From: Octopus sinensis
Lineage: Eukaryota
Direction: 5' to 3'
NCBI RefSeq assembly: GCF_006345805.1
Contig: NC_042997.1
Location: 211,358,001-211,422,000, forward strand
DNA: 64,000 nucleotides
Shown here: positions 25,449 to 37,697 of the stretch, piece after piece
Layout: each line of letters starts with the position of its first letter
Position numbering within the stretch: the first letter of the stretch is position 1
Notes under the pieces: model-generated
The model's input: the letters and a program-made list of their open reading frames with translations, nothing else
The model's database searches: none
Told to the model about the DNA's origin: nothing
Position numbers and translations under genes: made by a program

Positions 25449-25594
25449 CTGAAAAGTGAATAAAAAGACATAGTTAATTAACCATTACAATATCTTAGTT
25501 GATTAATCGTTAGAATATTTTAGTTAATTACACATTACATCATCAACATTTTTATTATCTGGATATTATTAACGAAATTAACTATAGTAGTCCA

Positions 25595-26315
25595 TTAACC
25601 CTTTCGTTACCAACCCGGCTGAAATTGAGTACTAGAGTCTTGTTTTCATAAGTTTTGAATTAAAATCTTCCACCAAATCTTAGTCACAATTTATGTTCCT
25701 AACACTAGCTGAATGATGATGAAGTTATTTTACTAAATTCTTTGTTATATATAAAAGTAATTGAAAGAAACACAGAGCATCTCAACAGAAATATGGTAAG
25801 AAAGGAGTTAAAATATATAATAGAGTAACAATTCTTAGCCCTTTTGATACCAACCTGGCTGAAACCGCCTCCAGCTCTGGAGTACTGAAGTCTTGTTTTC
25901 AAAAGTTTTGAATTAAAATCTTCCACCAAAGCTTAGTCACAATTTATGTTCCTGACACTAGCTTAATGATGACTACGTTATTTTACTAAATTCTTTGTTA
26001 TATTTAAAATTAATTGAAAGAAACACAGAGCATCTCAACAGAAATATGCTAAGAAAAGAGTTAAAATATATAACAGAGAAACAATTCTTAACCCTTTTGA
26101 TACCAACACGGCTGAAACCGGCTCTGGCTCTGAGTACAAATGTCTTGTTTTCAAAAGTTTTGAATTAAAATCTTCCACCAAACTTTAGTCACAATTTATG
26201 TTCCTAACACTAGCTTAATGGTAACGAAGTTATTCTACTAAATTCTTTGTTATATTTAAAGTAACTGAAAGAAACACAGAGCATCTCAAAATAAATACAG
26301 TAACGATAGTGTTAA
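25595..26315. repeat. Tandem triplication of the piggyBac MITE with a 23-bp spacer
   Basis: Three MITE units separated by aatatataa(t/c)agag(t/a)aacaattc between TTAA-type sites. Confidence 0.9.
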
Positions 26316-27156
26316 GCTAACATTGTTTTCTCACAGACACCATGAAGATGGCTATATATAAAGCCATGCTTTTATATGCTGTATTCTTTATACTGCGACC
26401 ATTCTGCCAAGATTGCACAAAGCATATAATTCTAACTGCTTCAGTTTATCTGATAGTTAGCAAGTTCCAGCCATATTTCGCAAAAGAATGGTTAGAAGTG
26501 GTAAGAGCTGTAAAAGCAATGGTCATTTGATTTGCAAAAAACAGCAGCTAAGTCTTCCTCAAATTGCAACATGCCATCTTCGAAACAAAAGGGATGGCAC
26601 TTTAAATAATGCAGTCCAAGATACATTATGCACAAGTTGGTGGAATGGCACAATCGTTAGAGCACTGGACAAAACGCTTTGAGATATTTGCTCCTTCTCT
26701 TGATACTCTGAGTTCAAATCTTCCCCTGGTCAACTTTGTCCATTCATTTGTGGTCAATGAAATAAAGTGCTGGCTGCCACAGGGGGTAATAAACAACAAA
26801 AAAAAGAGATTAGAGTTTTCTTCCTTTACATTAGGGAACTCCTCACTTCCTTCAAAATGGATGTCAACAGGGTCAGTACCATTTTTGTGATGTGATGTAT
26901 GTTTCATGACTTGCTGACTGATACAGTTATCATCATCATTTAACATCTCTTTTCCCATGCTGTCATGAGTTGGACAATTTGACAGGAACTGACAAGCCAG
27001 AGGGCTCTGCCAGGTTCTGCATCTGCTTTGGCATCATTCTTACAGCTAAGTGACCTTCCTAACGCCAACCACTTTACAAAGTGTACTTGGTGCTTTTTAC
27101 ACGGCACCAGCCGTCCTGGACATTATTGTGTCTTGGAGGAAGTTAAAGAGTCTCAC

Positions 27157-27323
27157 CTGCTCCTGTTGATCACCTGTCTTTGACGCATCGTCAGCAACAA
27201 CACTATCCCAGTCACTTCCACCATCAAAACCGCTATTTCCAGTTGGTTTGTGATCGAAGGGAGATGGCGCAGGGGCATCGATGAGATCGTCTGAATCACT
27301 CAGCCCTAATTCATCCATAAATG
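27157..27323 (-). CDS. ANKRD26: ANKRD26-like exon J (167 nt, phase 1 to 0)
   Basis: ttttcag|CA TTT...CAG|gtgaga. Encodes FMDELGLSDSDDLIDAPAPSPFDHKPTGNSGFDGGSDWDSVVADDASKTGDQQEQ; MDELGL..D and SDWDS recall the ANKRD26 LMSALGLGQEEDIESPWDS region. Confidence 0.82.
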
Positions 27324-28332
27324 CTGAAAAACACAATTCAAAGAATTCCTTCAACATGTCAACCATTTTTTCAACAAACAAAACTGTGTTGCTGTTAGGA
27401 AGCACTTCTCAACCATTAATTAACAATTTTAGAAGTCATTTCATAACAAATATTAGTTTCAAATTTTGGCACAAGGACAGCAATTTCAGGGAAGGGGCTA
27501 AGTTGATCACACCAACCCCAGTATTCAACTGGTACTTCTTTTATTGACCCCAAAAGGATAAAAGGTAAAGTCAACCTCAACAGAATTTGAACTCAGAATG
27601 TGAAGATAGACGAAATGCCACTAAGCATTTCGTCTGGCATCCTAACAATTCTGCCAGCTCACAGCCTTCGTTTCATAATAAATATTACAAACAAAAAAAA
27701 AACTGCTACAAAATAACATGACTGCCAATACTGAAGACTGTTCCTTCGTTGTGTGTTATCAATATATTATATCTATAGCACTATATGTTTGTAGTGTAAC
27801 ATATAGCATCATATATTTGTAATACTACCATATTTACAGTTACTGTACATCCAGGTTTGACCGAAATTCTTCCAGTTCACCAATGTTGTCCAAGCATCTC
27901 AGCAAATTGGAAATTTCATCCTGATTTTCAGAAATCAGAGAAAATTTTCTTTTCCCTGATTTTCATCCTGGTTTAACAATAAAAGTCTTTAACTAGCTCG
28001 TTATGAAATTATTTTACTGTTGGTAATATAGGGAGATGTGTCTGAGTTTTCTGACCTTTTCTAAAGATGCACAAAGCAGGGAGGGGGAGAGGGTGTTGTT
28101 TTTTTTTTTCCCATTTTTACAGCTCTTTTCTTTAATTATCTTTAAAACACCAAAAGTGTGTGTACATTTACGAAGGAACCTTAAAAAGATTGCCCTTTTC
28201 TAACAAAAAATTTTGTGTGGTACATGATGGCAAGCCAGATATTAATGGCTGTATGCAGTTGTAAAGATACAAAACAAAAAGTCTTCCAGCAAATTCATCA
28301 CAACTAGATACTTTTTTTAAAAGTTGGAAATA

Positions 28333-28555
28333 TTGGGTTGGCGCATAATTATTGTGGCTTTTTGTCAACAAATTTTATTCAACAAAAGCATTAATGTAAC
28401 AAAAACATCTTTAAATGATTATTCCGGAACATATTCACCATCTCCTTCAATTACTGCTTCCCATTTGCTTGGCAGATGATCAGACCGTCATTTAAAGATG
28501 TTTTTGATAAATAAAATTTATTGAAAAAAGTTGCAATAATTATGCACCAACCCAG
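28333..28555 (-). mobile_element. Mariner deletion derivative (MITE) with TA TSD
   Basis: TIRs (T/C)TGGGTTGG(C/T)GCATAATTATTG flanked by TA; interior encodes the transposase C-terminus DHLPSKWEAVIEGDGEYVPE*. Confidence 0.85.
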
Positions 28556-31500
28556 TAATTAAACTTGAGTTTCTCGTTGTCATTAATGAAGTTATCTTTG
28601 CTTTAATAGTTTTGCATAGCTTGAATTTCAAAACATCCAACTGTTTGTCAAAGTTGATCTCAAAACTTGTTGAACCAAAATTTTTGTCTGACATCAACAA
28701 AATGTTAAACCATAATTTTCCATGTAATTATCACAATGGCTAAATATGAAATGACTAAATTCCAAGCAGGGTTAAACTTGTGACAATTTCTACAGAGGCT
28801 TCAAACTAAAAAATATATTAAAGAGATACCTTACATTAGGGTTCAACACTAGATTCTGGCCAAAGAATAACAAGTGAAATTTTGGGGATATATGCAATAT
28901 TTCAGGTAAAATGGTTGAGATTTTGATTAATTCCTTGGTCTCAATCATGGGTTGATGAAAAAAATAATAAAATTTTCTGGAAGACAACTGCAACTTGAAT
29001 TTTGGTAAAACAAAAAGTAACCTATTTAAGCAATTAAAAATCAAACATGGTTAGAAACCTTTGGATGGAATTGGCTTTGATTCACACATTTTGCACAAAT
29101 TCTCTCCAACTGGTTGTTGAAGTTTTTCCATCTAATGCTGGAGTTCTTAATATAAACATTTCCAAATATTTCCAATTATACACCATGCCAACTTTATCAG
29201 AATGAAATTGCTTCTATATGCTAATACCAAAATCTATGATAATACTTAGCAGGAAGTGAAAGAATTCTTCACACTTTTGTTGGCTTTGAAATCCTTCTCT
29301 AAAAACACTGCCTGGGATTAATAAGACAATATTTTTGAAAATGATTCTTGAGACCTGATTGAATAGTTTAGCTTTTCTCAACAAAGCGATTCTAGTCATG
29401 GAGAGGGATGCTGCCATGGACTGGATGGTTTGACAGGAGCTGGCCAGCTGAAGAGCTTTCCAGGCTCCACGTCAGTTTTGGCAGGGTTCCTACACCTTCA
29501 TGCCCTTCCTAATATGCCAGCCACTTTACAGAGTGTACTGGGTGCTTTTATGTGGCACCTTGGTTCCCTGTGTCTTAGAGTTTCACAGACCTCAAACAGA
29601 ATCCCATCTCTTTCATGCATTAGATTATTGATATATAGGTCTCACCGAGGAAATGACTGGAGACCGAGACCTATGGAAGTATGCTGTGTGTGAGAAGACC
29701 CGGCAGAACAAGTGAGGCCATAATCCCGTGGCCTACACCTGCATGCCTTTCCTTCTTGGGACAGAAAACTCCACTTGTGAAGACCTGTTGAGGCAAGTGA
29801 AAATCAAAATCGTAATCTGATACCAGTGCCGGTGGCACGTAAGAGAGCCATCCGAACATTGCCGTAGCCAGTGCCATCTGACTGGCCTCCATGCCGGTGG
29901 CACGTAAAAAGCACCATCCGACCGTGGCCATTGCCAGCTTCATCTGGTCCCCGTGCCGGTGGCATGTAAAAAGCACCATCCAATCGTGGCCGTTTGCCAG
30001 CCTTGTCTGGCACCTGTGCCGGTGGCACGTAAAAAGCACCCACTACACTCACGGAGTGGTTGGCGTTAGGAAGGGTATCCAGCTGTAGAAACACTGCCAG
30101 ATCAGACTGGGCCTGGTGCAGCCTCCTGGCTTCCCAGACCCCATTTGAACCGTCCAACCCATGCTAGCATGGAAAACGGACGTTAAATGATGATGATGAT
30201 GATATATCATCATCATCATCATCGTTTAACGTCCGTTCTCCATGCTAGCATGGGTTGGACGGTTCGACCGGGGATCTGGGAAGCCAGAAGGCTCCAGTCT
30301 TATATATGTATTCACAATTTAGGTTAGTTGAAATATGTTTGAAATATGCGGCAAACATATTCCAACCTAAATTGTGATTATACATTAACTCTGCTTAGCA
30401 CATTTACTCTGATATTTCTCTTGATTGGGCGATCTACTAGTGCAAATCAGTCAATGTGTTGGCTGAATTATATCTAAGCTTATCAGTTCATTCAGGGTTG
30501 CCCCTCTCAGGTACATCTGATTGACAAGAGTCAACAAACTCGAAACATCAATGTCTCAGATTCCCAAGAGAGGGCGACATTGAACAAACAGGCTGTTTTC
30601 ACATCTTTTTAGCATAAGAGAGATTTTTACTCCATGATAAGTGGAGTGTATTTGCCTTTAGCAGTTGAAATAAGTGCTGGCACCTAAAAGCACCCACTAC
30701 ACTCTCGGAGTGGTTGACGTTAGGAAGGGCATCCATCTGTAGAAACTCTGCCAGATCAAGATTGGAGCCTGGTGCAGCCATCTGGTTTGCCAGTCCTTAG
30801 TCAAACTGTCCAACCCATGCTAGCATGGAAAACAGACATTAAACGATGATGATGAATGTATACAGGAGTAGTATGATTGAATTTTGTTAAAATATTTATT
30901 TCACAACCACAAAGTCCCAGGTTCAATTTCAGTGTGTGACATCTGTGGCAAATGTCATTTACTATAACCTTAGACTGACCCCACCCCCAACAAGCCTGTG
31001 GTCATAGCGTGATCTAATAGGAAGTTACCCAGCCAAGGGATGGGAGACGGGTGCAGTGCAGGGGTAAGAAGTTTTGATTGAAGATTTGCATGTGCAACAA
31101 TGAGTGAAGGTTTTGCTGATGTCTACAGACAACAACATGGCTTCTACTGAAACTCTCTTGAGTGACACAAGAGAGTAGAAAGCGAGAGAGAGAGAGAGAG
31201 ACTAGGTATGGGAGAGCATCACAGCTGGTGAGTGTCTCCTCCATTCAGTTATGGAAGTTAGAAACAAATGCAACAAAACAAGTGTTGACTGAATGAGAAG
31301 GGTTGCCCTGCTCTGGAATGCATCATACTGAGGTATACGTCTAAATGTTAGGTTACTTTCTCTCTCTCTCTCTGAGTCTATCTCCATAGAGAGGGAGAGA
31401 TTAAAGAGTTTGGTGAGTTTAGAAGCAAATTCTGGTGACCCTTTATTTCCTTGAAGTAATCAGAGAGATCTCCATATTTGGTGATAAGTGTGTAAATGGG

Positions 31501-32548
31501 ATGTAGAGCCTAATGGAGGGAAAGGGATACATACATACATACATACATATGACATGCTTCTTTCAGCTTTTGTCTGCCAAATCCACAGACAAGGCTTTGG
31601 TGGGCTCAAAGCAATACTAGAAGACACTTGACCAAGGTGCCACACAGTGGGACTGAACCCAGAACCATGTGGTTGGTAAACAAGCTAGTTACCACACAGC
31701 CACTCCTGCGTCTATATTTATGATACTGCTATAAAGTTCATTATATTTTTAATTATGTAAATTAAACTGGCCAGATGTAATTCATAATTATTTTTTATAA
31801 GCTAAAGCCTTTTTCAAATGATCGGCTAAGATTCAGTGGGTGCCCCTTGAAAATCACAACTTCCACTAGTCTTTTGTTTTCTTTCCTTAATTAAGAGGGA
31901 AACTTCAATTAAATAATTTCTTACATAAAGCAATTGATAGTTCACCTTATAATATAACAATATAAATATGTGGTGCAACTAAAAAGAAATATAATGTTGT
32001 TCTTTTAGAGATTTCAGCCATCTGCAAGGACACAGGTGATCCCATTGAACCAGTGTTCCACCTTATTACCCTCAGGCAACTTGGGTGAGAGCAGGATTCA
32101 AAATGTGAAGAACTGTAACCAGATGTGCAAAGGTGTTTTGTCCAAAGTAGCTTTACTGGGTTCTACATTTGAGAGATGAAGAAACATATACATTATTTAC
32201 ATTTGATGGATATTTGTCCTCATCTTGTTTGTTGTTAACACCATGTTTTGGCTGATGTTCTCGCCAGCCTTCATCAGGTGTCCTGGGGAATTTCAAATCT
32301 GGGTTCTCATTCCTAAGGTATTTTTCTGATGGTACTGTTATTATTATTTTTTAGGGCATGGCTGTGTGGTTAGGGAGCTTGCTTCCTAACTACATGGTTT
32401 CGGGTTCAGTCCCACTGCGTGGCACTTTGGGTAGGTGTCTTCCGCTATAGCCCCGAGCCCACCGAAGCTTTGTGATTGAATTCGGTAGGCGGGAGTTACT
32501 GCCATGTGTGTATGTGTGCGTGTAGCTGCTCAGTGCCACTCTGAAAGA

Positions 32549-32742
32549 GATTGAGGTAACTCCTCCAGAAGATATACAGAAGTAAAAAAAAAAAAAAAAA
32601 ACAAGAAGGGAAGAGTGCCATTGTTATCAAGTGAACAATATTTTCGCATCTAGATGCCAAAATATCATGCACTTGATAACAATGGTACTCTTCCTTTTTT
32701 TTTTTGCTTCAGTATACCCCTTCTGGAAGAGTTACCTCAATC
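32549..32742. repeat. Imperfect palindrome of ~190 bp; third arm copy at 32800-32860
   Basis: gattgaggtaac...aagagtgccattgttatcaagtg...gcatct|agatgc...cacttgataacaatggtactctt...gttacctcaatc. Confidence 0.85.
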
Positions 32743-32887
32743 CTATAAGATATTACCAAAAATGAAGTAGATTGATAAGTTTATTATTTGAACCTGTGGA
32801 AAGCACACCGGATGTCAAAATATCGTTCACTTGATAACAATGGCACTCTTCTCTTTTTTGCTACTCTTGTTATTATTATTATCATAT

Positions 32888-33125
32888 GCCCACAGGCATA
32901 TGGCACAGGGGTTAAGAGCACAGGCTATTAACCCCAAGATTCCGAGTGCGATTCCAGGCAGTGACCTGAATATTAATAATAATATCTGAAAAATACCTTA
33001 GGAATGAGAACCCATGTTCGAAATTCCCCCAGGACACCTGATGAAGGCTGGAGAGTGAATCAGCCGAAACGTTATGTTAGCAACAAACAAGATGAGGACA
33101 AATATCTGTCAAAACATGAATAATA
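32888..33125 (+). mobile_element. tRNA-headed SINE-like element carrying a hammerhead ribozyme motif (other copies 32190-32340 -, 41862-42480 -, 44795-45063 -, 45062-45190 +, 45303-45415 +, 47685-47838 -, 47838-48000 +)
   Basis: Consensus of copies gives A box TGGCGTAGTGG, B box GAGTTCGATTCC, an (AAT)n linker, then GACAC-CTGATGA-A-GGCTG-N10-CAGCC-GAAA-CGTT-GTGTT. Confidence 0.8.
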
Positions 33126-34716
33126 TAGCTTTACTGATTCTGCCATCCACCACAACAATGAGTGTAATTCATTTTTAAAATGTAATTAGAGCAAAACAAA
33201 AAAATATTTGGTGATTGAAGTTGTAAAGTGTTGTTATAAAAATATGTTGAAAATGGTTGTGAATGAAAAGAAGGAGTCAGTAATAAAGTAAAATGTTAAA
33301 TTTGATCTAAACAAGGAAAAAGCAGAGGAATTTGTTTAAGATAGAATGAGGAGGAGAATAGTAATTAAGTAGGTTCATCAAGGAAGTGTTAATAAAGAAT
33401 AAAGATTTAAACATAACAAGTTATAATTTGTTTCTAAAATAGAAAACGGAATTTTGTTGAAGCTGGACTAAAAAAGAAATAAAATTGTTAAAAAAACAAA
33501 TTAAGAATAGAAAACCATGCATTGTCACAGAAGCAGCTTCCTGAGTGAATGTTTGCTTCTAATTTGAATGAAAGAAATTCCGTCTTTAATTCTCCAACAA
33601 TTATGACAAATTATGCCTTCAGCTGCAAACTTCAATAATAATACAAATAAACCTAGCTTTTATATTCAATTAATATTTTCCATACAAGGAGACACCAAAG
33701 CTGTTTTCTTCTTCTTCTTCTTCTTCTCGATGTTTGTTTTCTAACATTAAAATGGATGTTAATTCCTCTTCTCTGTATTGTGATCAAGAGGAGATATTAT
33801 CATCAAAAGAAGAATCTCTTCTCTTACTTTGCCATCCCAAGGTAAACATTTCCATTGTTCAAGTTTTTGTAAAAATCCTTCAAAAAGAATTATCTAAAAG
33901 CTTTCGATGAACCTTAAACATTTTTTGACATTCGAGGGAGGCTGTCGGAAGTAAAACAGCATTAAGCAAATTAATTAAAAGTGGTGCCCCTGCATTCACT
34001 GGCAATGCCCCAGCATGGCCATAGCCTTAGGGCTGAAACATATAAAAGAATAAAAGAATACAGAGAATGGCAAAAATAAAAAGAAGAAATCTCAGATTCA
34101 CAGTTCCTGACAAATGCTTCAACAGTAAAGTTAAACAGTCTTTTTAAGTTCCTATCATGGTTTGAACCAGTGAATGGTGTATGTTTGCTGTGGAAACAGC
34201 ACCCAAGAATGGTAAACATATTGCCAGATTATGAAGACTAATGAAATTGTTGATAAGGACACAGAAGTAACTCAAATCAGCAATTGGGACATTGTAGGTG
34301 TGTTCCATTTCCAAGACAGACAGACAGACATCTTCGAATCAGCCAACTTTCTGGGCTTACCATTCTAATATCTTGTGTCTGAAACATGAGAGGAAACGGT
34401 CGAAAAGAAGCATGAAGCCCTCTTCATCATGTTTGAGGAAGACCAAAGCAGTTAGTTGAAGCAATACCATTTTCAGGAATCAGATGGAAGCTATTCTTAA
34501 TATGTCCAAACAACAACGTATCTTACAGTTCTGTTTCAGTGTTAATTCTTGAATCAAGTTCTTAACCATGTTCTTACAGGGTTATTGGCTGGTTTCAGTC
34601 GGTTTTGACTCCCCAAATGTCAATATGGAGACAATGTGGAAGAATTCACTCAGAAAGCTGCAGCTTTTGACAAATATTATGCAAATAACAAATAAAGAAT
34701 TAGAGAAATTAGTTAC

Positions 34717-34734
34717 CAGTTCCATTCTTATCTC
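34717..34734 (-). CDS. Candidate 18-nt frame-preserving microexon (phase 1 to 1)
   Basis: ttattaacag|GAGATAAGAATGGAACTG|gtaact. Would add GDKNGT between exons H and J. Splice signals only. Confidence 0.3.
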
Positions 34735-37009
34735 CTGTTAATAAATAAATAATCATTATTTGTACACAGTCTTAAATAATATAACTATTCTAAATCATAT
34801 CAAATGATAAACTTTTCATTTGTCTACCTTAACGATTATATTTAGCGAACTGTTCTTTTAGAAAGTACTTGGTGTTTTAACATTCCTGTACATCATTTTA
34901 CCACATCTACAAAGGCTCTCTAAGAACCAAACTCTTTGGCAGCATTATTAAAGAGTATCACTCTAAATGAGACCAGATAATGTATAAAAGTGTTATGTTC
35001 CACATAAATATGTTCGGCACTTTCTCCTCTTCACCATCAAACAATACAATCTTACGTTCTGCCTTCAGCTCTAAAAGACACATTTCAAACATAAGTGCCT
35101 GACCAGATAATCCTTTGGAGATTTATACAAAATATCAAATTAGTATCCCAGAGCCATTCAGGTTTATCATTGTTGTCGTTGCAGGATTTCATGCCTATTT
35201 TACCATTGTCTCCCACAACCACCTCTTTCTGCTCACCAAAAACCTTGATCATCTGACATATTCAGCAACAAGAAAACTATTAATCTTTGTGTTGGATGTT
35301 ATGTTTATTGGAATGGTTTTTATGGACAGATACCCATCTTATCACCATGGACTGACAGCTTTCTATATCATGTCCAAACACTAGAAGGGTTGTCCGCAAC
35401 ACCACTAGGCAATTGGTTCTATTCTGAGGCTGTGTTTTGTTTTTTAAAACCATTCTCCTAACACAGATTGCTTGCACTGCATTCTCTCTTTGTTTCTTTT
35501 TCATAATGTTGTGAAATAAAAAAAACCTGATCAGAGCCAAATTGGATAAATTCTAGGCGCTCTGCTAATTAGCCATGGGTATTTTTGTATTCAAGCACCA
35601 TCCGCATGTGGTTGAAGCCAGTGCCCCCTGACTGGCTCCCGTGCTGGTGATACATAAAAAACACCATCCGAACATGATCGGTGCCAAGGCTGCCTGAATG
35701 GCCCCTGTGCTAATGGCAAATAAAAGGTACCCACTACACTCATGGAGTGGTTGGCGTTAGGAAGGGCATCCAGCTGTAGAAACCTTGCCAGATCAGATTG
35801 GATCCTGGTGCAGCCTCCTGGCTTGCCAGTTCTCAGTCAAACCATCCAACCAATGCCAGCATGGACCATAGACATAAAACAATAATGATGATGATGATGA
35901 TGATGATGATTTGACAGAATAATGTGGATGCTGAATGATTAAGCACATCATCATTTAACCCTTTCGATACCAACCCGACTGAAACCGGCTCTGGCTCTGA
36001 GTACAAATATCTTGTTTTCATAAGTTTTGAATTAAAATCTTCCACCAAACCTTAGTCACAATTTATATTCCTAACACTAGCTGAATGATAACCAAGTTCT
36101 TTTACTAAAGTCTTTGTTATATTTAAAGTAATTGAAACAAACACAGAGCATCTCAAAATAAATACGGTAACAAAAGGGTTAATGTCCGCTGTCCATGCTG
36201 GCATGAGTAAGACAGTTTGACTGGGCAGGCATGTTGGAAGGCTGCACCAGACTCCTGTCTGATTTGGCATGGTTTTCTACAGTTGGATGCCCTGCCTAAT
36301 GCCAACCACTCCAAGAGTGTAATGGGTATTTTTATGTGCTACCAGTACAGGTACCAATTTGCATGATGACTGAAATTTTGCTCAGCTTGATGGGTCTTCT
36401 TCTTAAGCACAGTATAATGCTAAAGGTTTTGGTCATTGACTCCATGAGGCCCAACCCTTGAAAGGAACTCAGCCACTTTGCTTTGGTGAAGCTAATGCTA
36501 ATTAGAATCGCCAAAATTAAGTTTGATCTTTTTTATTAAAGTTGATCCAATTAATTTTAACATATTTTGGTAATTAATTTCTATTTCTAAAAGTAAATAA
36601 AACCAAAGAAATTGCTTAACATCAGATCAATCAATTCTGATCCAAAAAGTCTAAGATTAAAGTTGTTCTCTCTGTAACTAGACTTTATTCAGGTACAATG
36701 TACCTAGGAGTACATTATCCATTGCATCCTTCCCTGCTATTTAATGTTAATATCCCTTAATTAATTAATTTTACTAAAGACAGATCAGAAGTGAAAGCAA
36801 TTGTTTCATTTGTTAGTACAAGTGACAGAGGGCAATCATTTACACAGTGATTAGTGCAATTATTAGTATAGTCATTAGTGAAGTCATTAATTACATTCCT
36901 TGATCAAATATATTTCTAATAATGGAGTTTAATGAAGTTATTTTCATAAGAAAATAAATTAAATAAAACTGAAAGTGTTTCATCGAACAGAACCCCAAAC
37001 CTCCAGCAT

Positions 37010-37165
37010 TCTGGATGATGATGATGATGACGGTGGTAGTATTAATGATGATGATGACGGTGGTAGTATTAATGATGATGATGACGGTGGTAGTATTAAT
37101 GATGATGATGACGGTGGTGGTGTTGATGTTGATGATGGAAATGATGTTGATGATGATGGGAAGTA
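37010..37165. repeat. 27-bp tandem repeat in a (GAT)n background
   Basis: aatgatgatgatgacggtggtagtatt, about 3 copies plus a degenerate flank. Confidence 0.85.
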
Positions 37166-37492
37166 TGCCACTGTCCATTATTTTCTTTAAACTACAAAAT
37201 GTATTCAGAATATGTTCCTCTGAAGCCTGGACCGTTTTCATATCAACACCACTACTACCCCACCCCACCCACTGCTTCTATGATATAAATTTGCTGCTTT
37301 GAAGTGATCTAAACTAAAACCTTCCATCAAAATCTCGTGCTCATTCATTTCTCAAAGCACCGTCTTAGTGACGCCAAAACGATTTCACAAAATTCTTCAT
37401 TGTTTTCAAAACAGGCAAACAAGACATTTCTGTAATACTTCAGAATGAGAGAAAATGTCTTTAAACACAACATGAACATCTCTAAGCGTTAC

Positions 37493-37592
37493 CTCGTTGT
37501 TGTTCAACAGTCAATTTTTTGGTTTTATTGACCGTGGCATAAATTGGTTCTGCAGTTCCTTCTTTGGCGGCGGTGTTAAAGTTTTCAGAAGT
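37493..37592 (-). CDS. ANKRD26: ANKRD26-like exon H with EPIYA motif (100 nt, phase 0 to 1)
   Basis: ctttgcag|ACT...CGA G|gtaacg. Encodes TSENFNTAAKEGTAEPIYATVNKTKKLTVEQQR; the other two frames contain stops. Confidence 0.8.
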
Positions 37593-37697
37593 CTGCAAAG
37601 AAAGTTTTATTATCAAAGATCCTTGCATAATAAATTATCAAATTAATTATGTTAATAATAATAAACTTTAAACGTGGCTGTTGTAAGAGATGGTGCC

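Noticed and set aside
30500-30555. Hammerhead-like CTGATTGA...GAGT/ACTC GAAA
   Set aside because: The core has extra bases and stems I and III do not pair; at best a decayed relic.
33200-35540. Coding-looking AT-rich stretch
   Set aside because: Stops occur in all frames and no family motif was recognised; probably an old transposon or pseudogene relic.
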